A stretch of DNA of 30,978 nucleotides, from positions 1 to 30,978 of the forward strand of contig SUPR01000036.1 in NCBI GenBank assembly GCA_005191425.1, in the 5' to 3' direction. This document shows positions 28,405-30,978 of this stretch, in pieces; position 1 is the stretch's first letter; each line of letters begins with the position of its first letter. The notes beneath the pieces were generated by a model, which did not search any database, was not told the origin of the DNA, and was given only the letters and a program-made list of their open reading frames with translations. The position numbers and the translations under genes are program-made. The stretch comes from Candidatus Helarchaeota ASGARD archaeon Hel_GB_B. GTDB taxonomy: Archaea > Asgardarchaeota > Lokiarchaeia > Helarchaeales > HEL-GB-B.

Positions 28405-28773
28405 TTGGTCATAGAAAATAATTATGAGGCTATCTTACAGAAATTAATTGACCAGACAAAAATTTATGGAGCTTCACTTAATACAATAGATGGTCTGCCG
28501 ATTATCTCGATATTTAAAAATAATAAATCCATTGAAGATGCATTTGTCTCAGCCATATCATCGGCAATGACTATGCATTCAGAGAAGGTAATGTCGGAAT
28601 TTGAATGTGGAAACCTTGATAATTGTAAAATACAAGGAGAGAATGGTCAAGTATTAATATTTAAGATTAACTCTTTAATTCTTTTGGTTCTAGCTCCTAA
28701 ATCCATTTCTCAAGGAATCCTTCATTTAGGTGTAAAGAGTTGTATCAGAGAAATTAAAAAATTAAACTCATAA
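28405..28773 (+). CDS. Roadblock/LC7 (MglB-like) domain protein
   Basis: GASLNTIDGLPIIS...VSAISSAM...GNLDNCKIQGENGQVLI...LLVLA, 122 aa; TTG start. Confidence 0.85.
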   Translation: MVIENNYEAILQKLIDQTKIYGASLNTIDGLPIISIFKNNKSIEDAFVSAISSAMTMHSEKVMSEFECGNLDNCKIQGENGQVLIFKINSLILLVLAPKSISQGILHLGVKSCIREIKKLNS

Positions 28774-28865
28774 TTATTAATATACAAACAATTTTTTTGT
28801 TCAATTATTGGAATTATTCAATTAATGGTTTTTAAAATTGACAAAATTAAATTGAGGAATTTACA

Positions 28866-29183
28866 ATGAGTGAAGATGAAATATCCGTAGATTATGTGTG
28901 TGATGCTACACAATTGACTTGGGTAGAAGATAATTTGATAAATGAGTTAATGACATTTTTAGAGGATAAAATCCGAGATTATGGCGGTATTGTCGAAATA
29001 GATGGTAAGAAGATCATAATTGGATTTACTTCGGATGAAAAATTGAGTAAAAGAGCGATTAAAACATACATTAAAAGATTTTTATATAAATATGAATTAT
29101 TAGACCGTCTTAGAGTTATATCATCGGGTGCAAATGAATATATGATCCATAAATTAAAAGATGTAACCGTTAAAAACTTATAA
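28866..29183 (+). CDS. rpl22e: Ribosomal protein eL22 (L22e) homologue
   Basis: LSKRAIKTYIKRFLYKYELLDRLRVIS...EY parallels the eukaryotic eL22 C-terminal pattern (FSKRYLKYLTKKYLKK..LRDWLRVV....Y, recalled from memory); 105 aa. Confidence 0.82.
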   Translation: MSEDEISVDYVCDATQLTWVEDNLINELMTFLEDKIRDYGGIVEIDGKKIIIGFTSDEKLSKRAIKTYIKRFLYKYELLDRLRVISSGANEYMIHKLKDVTVKNL

Positions 29184-29214
29184 TTGGAATCTCTATTAAA
29201 AGGGACGGTCTTTT

Positions 29215-30189
29215 ATGGACAATGACATAAAGAACAAGAAAAAGGTATTAAAGAGATCGTTCCGTAAAGCTTCAAAAAGAAAAATAAAAAAAAGTAGCAG
29301 CAGAATGACCTGGACAAAAGTCATTATAATTTCATCGATAATAATTATTCTTATGGTCTTTATTGGTGTAATATCATGGGTAAATAGCCCATCACCGCAT
29401 GTAAATATGACAGAAAAAGATGAGATTTTTGCTGATTTTGATGGCGCAAATATATGTATAGAATATTTAGATACCTACTTTTATATGGCGCCAGTACTAA
29501 CCTCAATAGAGCCCATTATTTTTGATTACTTCCCAAGCCAATATCAGCCCACATTTTCTTCATCAACGATACCTTTTTCAATAACTGAAAATTATATTCA
29601 ATTTTTCCCAGATGAAATTCAAAAGAATACAGCCCTATCTTGGGATTATAAATTAAACATAACTGATAAAGACTTAACAACTTGGATCAGTAATACGAAC
29701 ATAGAAATAAAAAATAATCATATCCCTAACAATACTGAGACTACTGTAAACATATCTACAAGTTTTAAAGCTCTTAAAGATTTTACCATATGTAGGATAA
29801 GGTTAGGATTTAAAAATTCTTTACAAATTGGTAATAGCTCCGTAATAATTAAGCCAATTTCGCAGGGATATCACATATTTAGCTCCGGATTTTATTATGA
29901 GAAATTTGAAAGTTCAGTCCAAAAAAATTCCATAATAAAACTAGAATTCCGAATTAATGTGACCTTAAATTCAGGCACACCGCTTGATATATTAAATGGT
30001 ACATCCCAGAATGATTATAGAAATATCTATATAAAAATGAATAATAAATTGATCAATAACTTTTTTACTGATGGTTTTACAGAATCATCCGTAACATTTA
30101 CTGGATTTGCGAGCCCACCACCAATTGTTAAAAATAATATTTTTGCAATTAATTTAGAGTTTAAAAATATAACTCTTTATCCAGTTTAA
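29215..30189 (+). CDS. Type II membrane-anchored, probably N-glycosylated surface protein
   Basis: Polybasic N-terminus, single TM (WTKVIIISSIIIILMVFIGVISWV), then a beta-rich domain with eight NxS/T sequons (NMT, NIT, NNT, NIS, NSS, NVT, NGT, NIT). Confidence 0.7.
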   Translation: MDNDIKNKKKVLKRSFRKASKRKIKKSSSRMTWTKVIIISSIIIILMVFIGVISWVNSPSPHVNMTEKDEIFADFDGANICIEYLDTYFYMAPVLTSIEPIIFDYFPSQYQPTFSSSTIPFSITENYIQFFPDEIQKNTALSWDYKLNITDKDLTTWISNTNIEIKNNHIPNNTETTVNISTSFKALKDFTICRIRLGFKNSLQIGNSSVIIKPISQGYHIFSSGFYYEKFESSVQKNSIIKLEFRINVTLNSGTPLDILNGTSQNDYRNIYIKMNNKLINNFFTDGFTESSVTFTGFASPPPIVKNNIFAINLEFKNITLYPV

Positions 30190-30231
30190 AATTAATATCT
30201 TAATTTTGAAGATGATTAAATTACAATGAAT

Positions 30232-30702
30232 TTACAATTCTCTTTCTAAAACCGAATATACTTCTTTAAAACCAAATTTATTAAATAATTTTACAACGTT
30301 TGGGAGTTCTGACCGACAGTTTGTCCTAACGTATCTGCAATTCTTAGATTTTAAATAATCTAGTGCTCTTTCTACCATTAAAGTCCCGATTTTTAGTCCG
30401 CGATAATCTGGATGAATAATAAAATTTATAATTTGGCCTAAAATCGCACCACTATACCAATCTCTACCAGAATCTGCAATTAACATCCCGATTATTTTCT
30501 TATTTTCAACCTCAATTGCAATTATTACGCTTGCAGGGTTCGTTTCCAGACGATATTTCATATCCATTAACCATGGCTTTTCATAAAACGGACTTCCGAA
30601 GGTCTGGCATAAAATTCTCATTAATTCACTCAAATCCTGGAGGTCATCTATTTTTGCTGCCTTAATTTTAATGTTGGGTAGTTCAACCGACATGTTCATC
30701 AT
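30232..30702 (-). CDS. GNAT family N-acetyltransferase
   Basis: FIIHPDYRGLKIGTLMVERA (motif A) and VVKLFNKFGF (motif B). Confidence 0.9.
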   Translation of the reverse strand: MMNMSVELPNIKIKAAKIDDLQDLSELMRILCQTFGSPFYEKPWLMDMKYRLETNPASVIIAIEVENKKIIGMLIADSGRDWYSGAILGQIINFIIHPDYRGLKIGTLMVERALDYLKSKNCRYVRTNCRSELPNVVKLFNKFGFKEVYSVLEREL

Positions 30703-30961
30703 TTTTAATAATTGAGCATTATAAATTTGTATATTGGACTATTAATTTTATAAGATCACAGACTATATTTACTATCTTATTTTTCCAATTAAAAATTGGT
30801 ATTCAAAATTACTTATCAATACCTTATTAAATTCTTTCTTTCTCGATATAACACAATGTTAAAACTGAAAATAAAAAAAAATATAAACATAAATGAATAA
30901 AAGTTGGAAAATGAAACGAATAAAATAACCAAAATCATTTAATTTTTAATTTTTAAAAGTA

Positions 30962-30978
30962 AGAGGTATCTAAAATGG
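30962..30978 (+). other. Probable SD (AGAGGT) and ATG (30975) of a gene running off the window
   Basis: aagaggtatctaaaATGg at the window end. Confidence 0.35.

Noticed and set aside
1-30978. CRISPR array, rRNA, tRNA, IS element
   Set aside because: No regularly spaced repeats, GC-rich structured RNA blocks, cloverleafs, terminal inverted repeats or transposase motifs were seen by eye; tRNAscan-SE and CRISPR finders would confirm.

Overview
AT-rich archaeal chromosomal segment, very probably from an Asgard archaeon (Loki/Hel-like). The assignment is inferred from a ribosomal eL22 homologue, a Roadblock/LC7 protein, an archaeal Cdc6/Orc1 and an AbrB-PhoU regulator. Left arm: orphan minimal nucleotidyltransferase, a UvrC lacking its HhH tail, a GH36 + membrane-anchored GH105 + membrane-protein glycan cluster, HtpX and PhoU. 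Centre (about 9.2-15.5 kb): an accessory zone not explained by the ORF track. It holds a heavily decayed two-gene redox operon (CCG-domain Fe-S protein plus GlcD-like FAD oxidoreductase, reconstructed here by hand) and a very AT-rich three-gene cassette. That cassette encodes a TGT-like Zn-site protein, a DUF4065/Panacea-like winged-helix protein and an expanded PIN-domain protein; it is the best candidate for an undescribed toxin-antitoxin/defence system. Right arm: SERCA-type P-ATPase, a 1246-aa TrmB-like regulator with about 1000 aa of helical insert, a Cys-motif unknown, cdc6, a membrane protein, two tandem signal-less IFT52-like GIFT-domain paralogues, Roadblock, eL22, a surface glycoprotein and a GNAT. 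No rRNA, tRNA, CRISPR array, integrase or transposase was recognised. All family calls are by-eye motif recognition; no searches were run.
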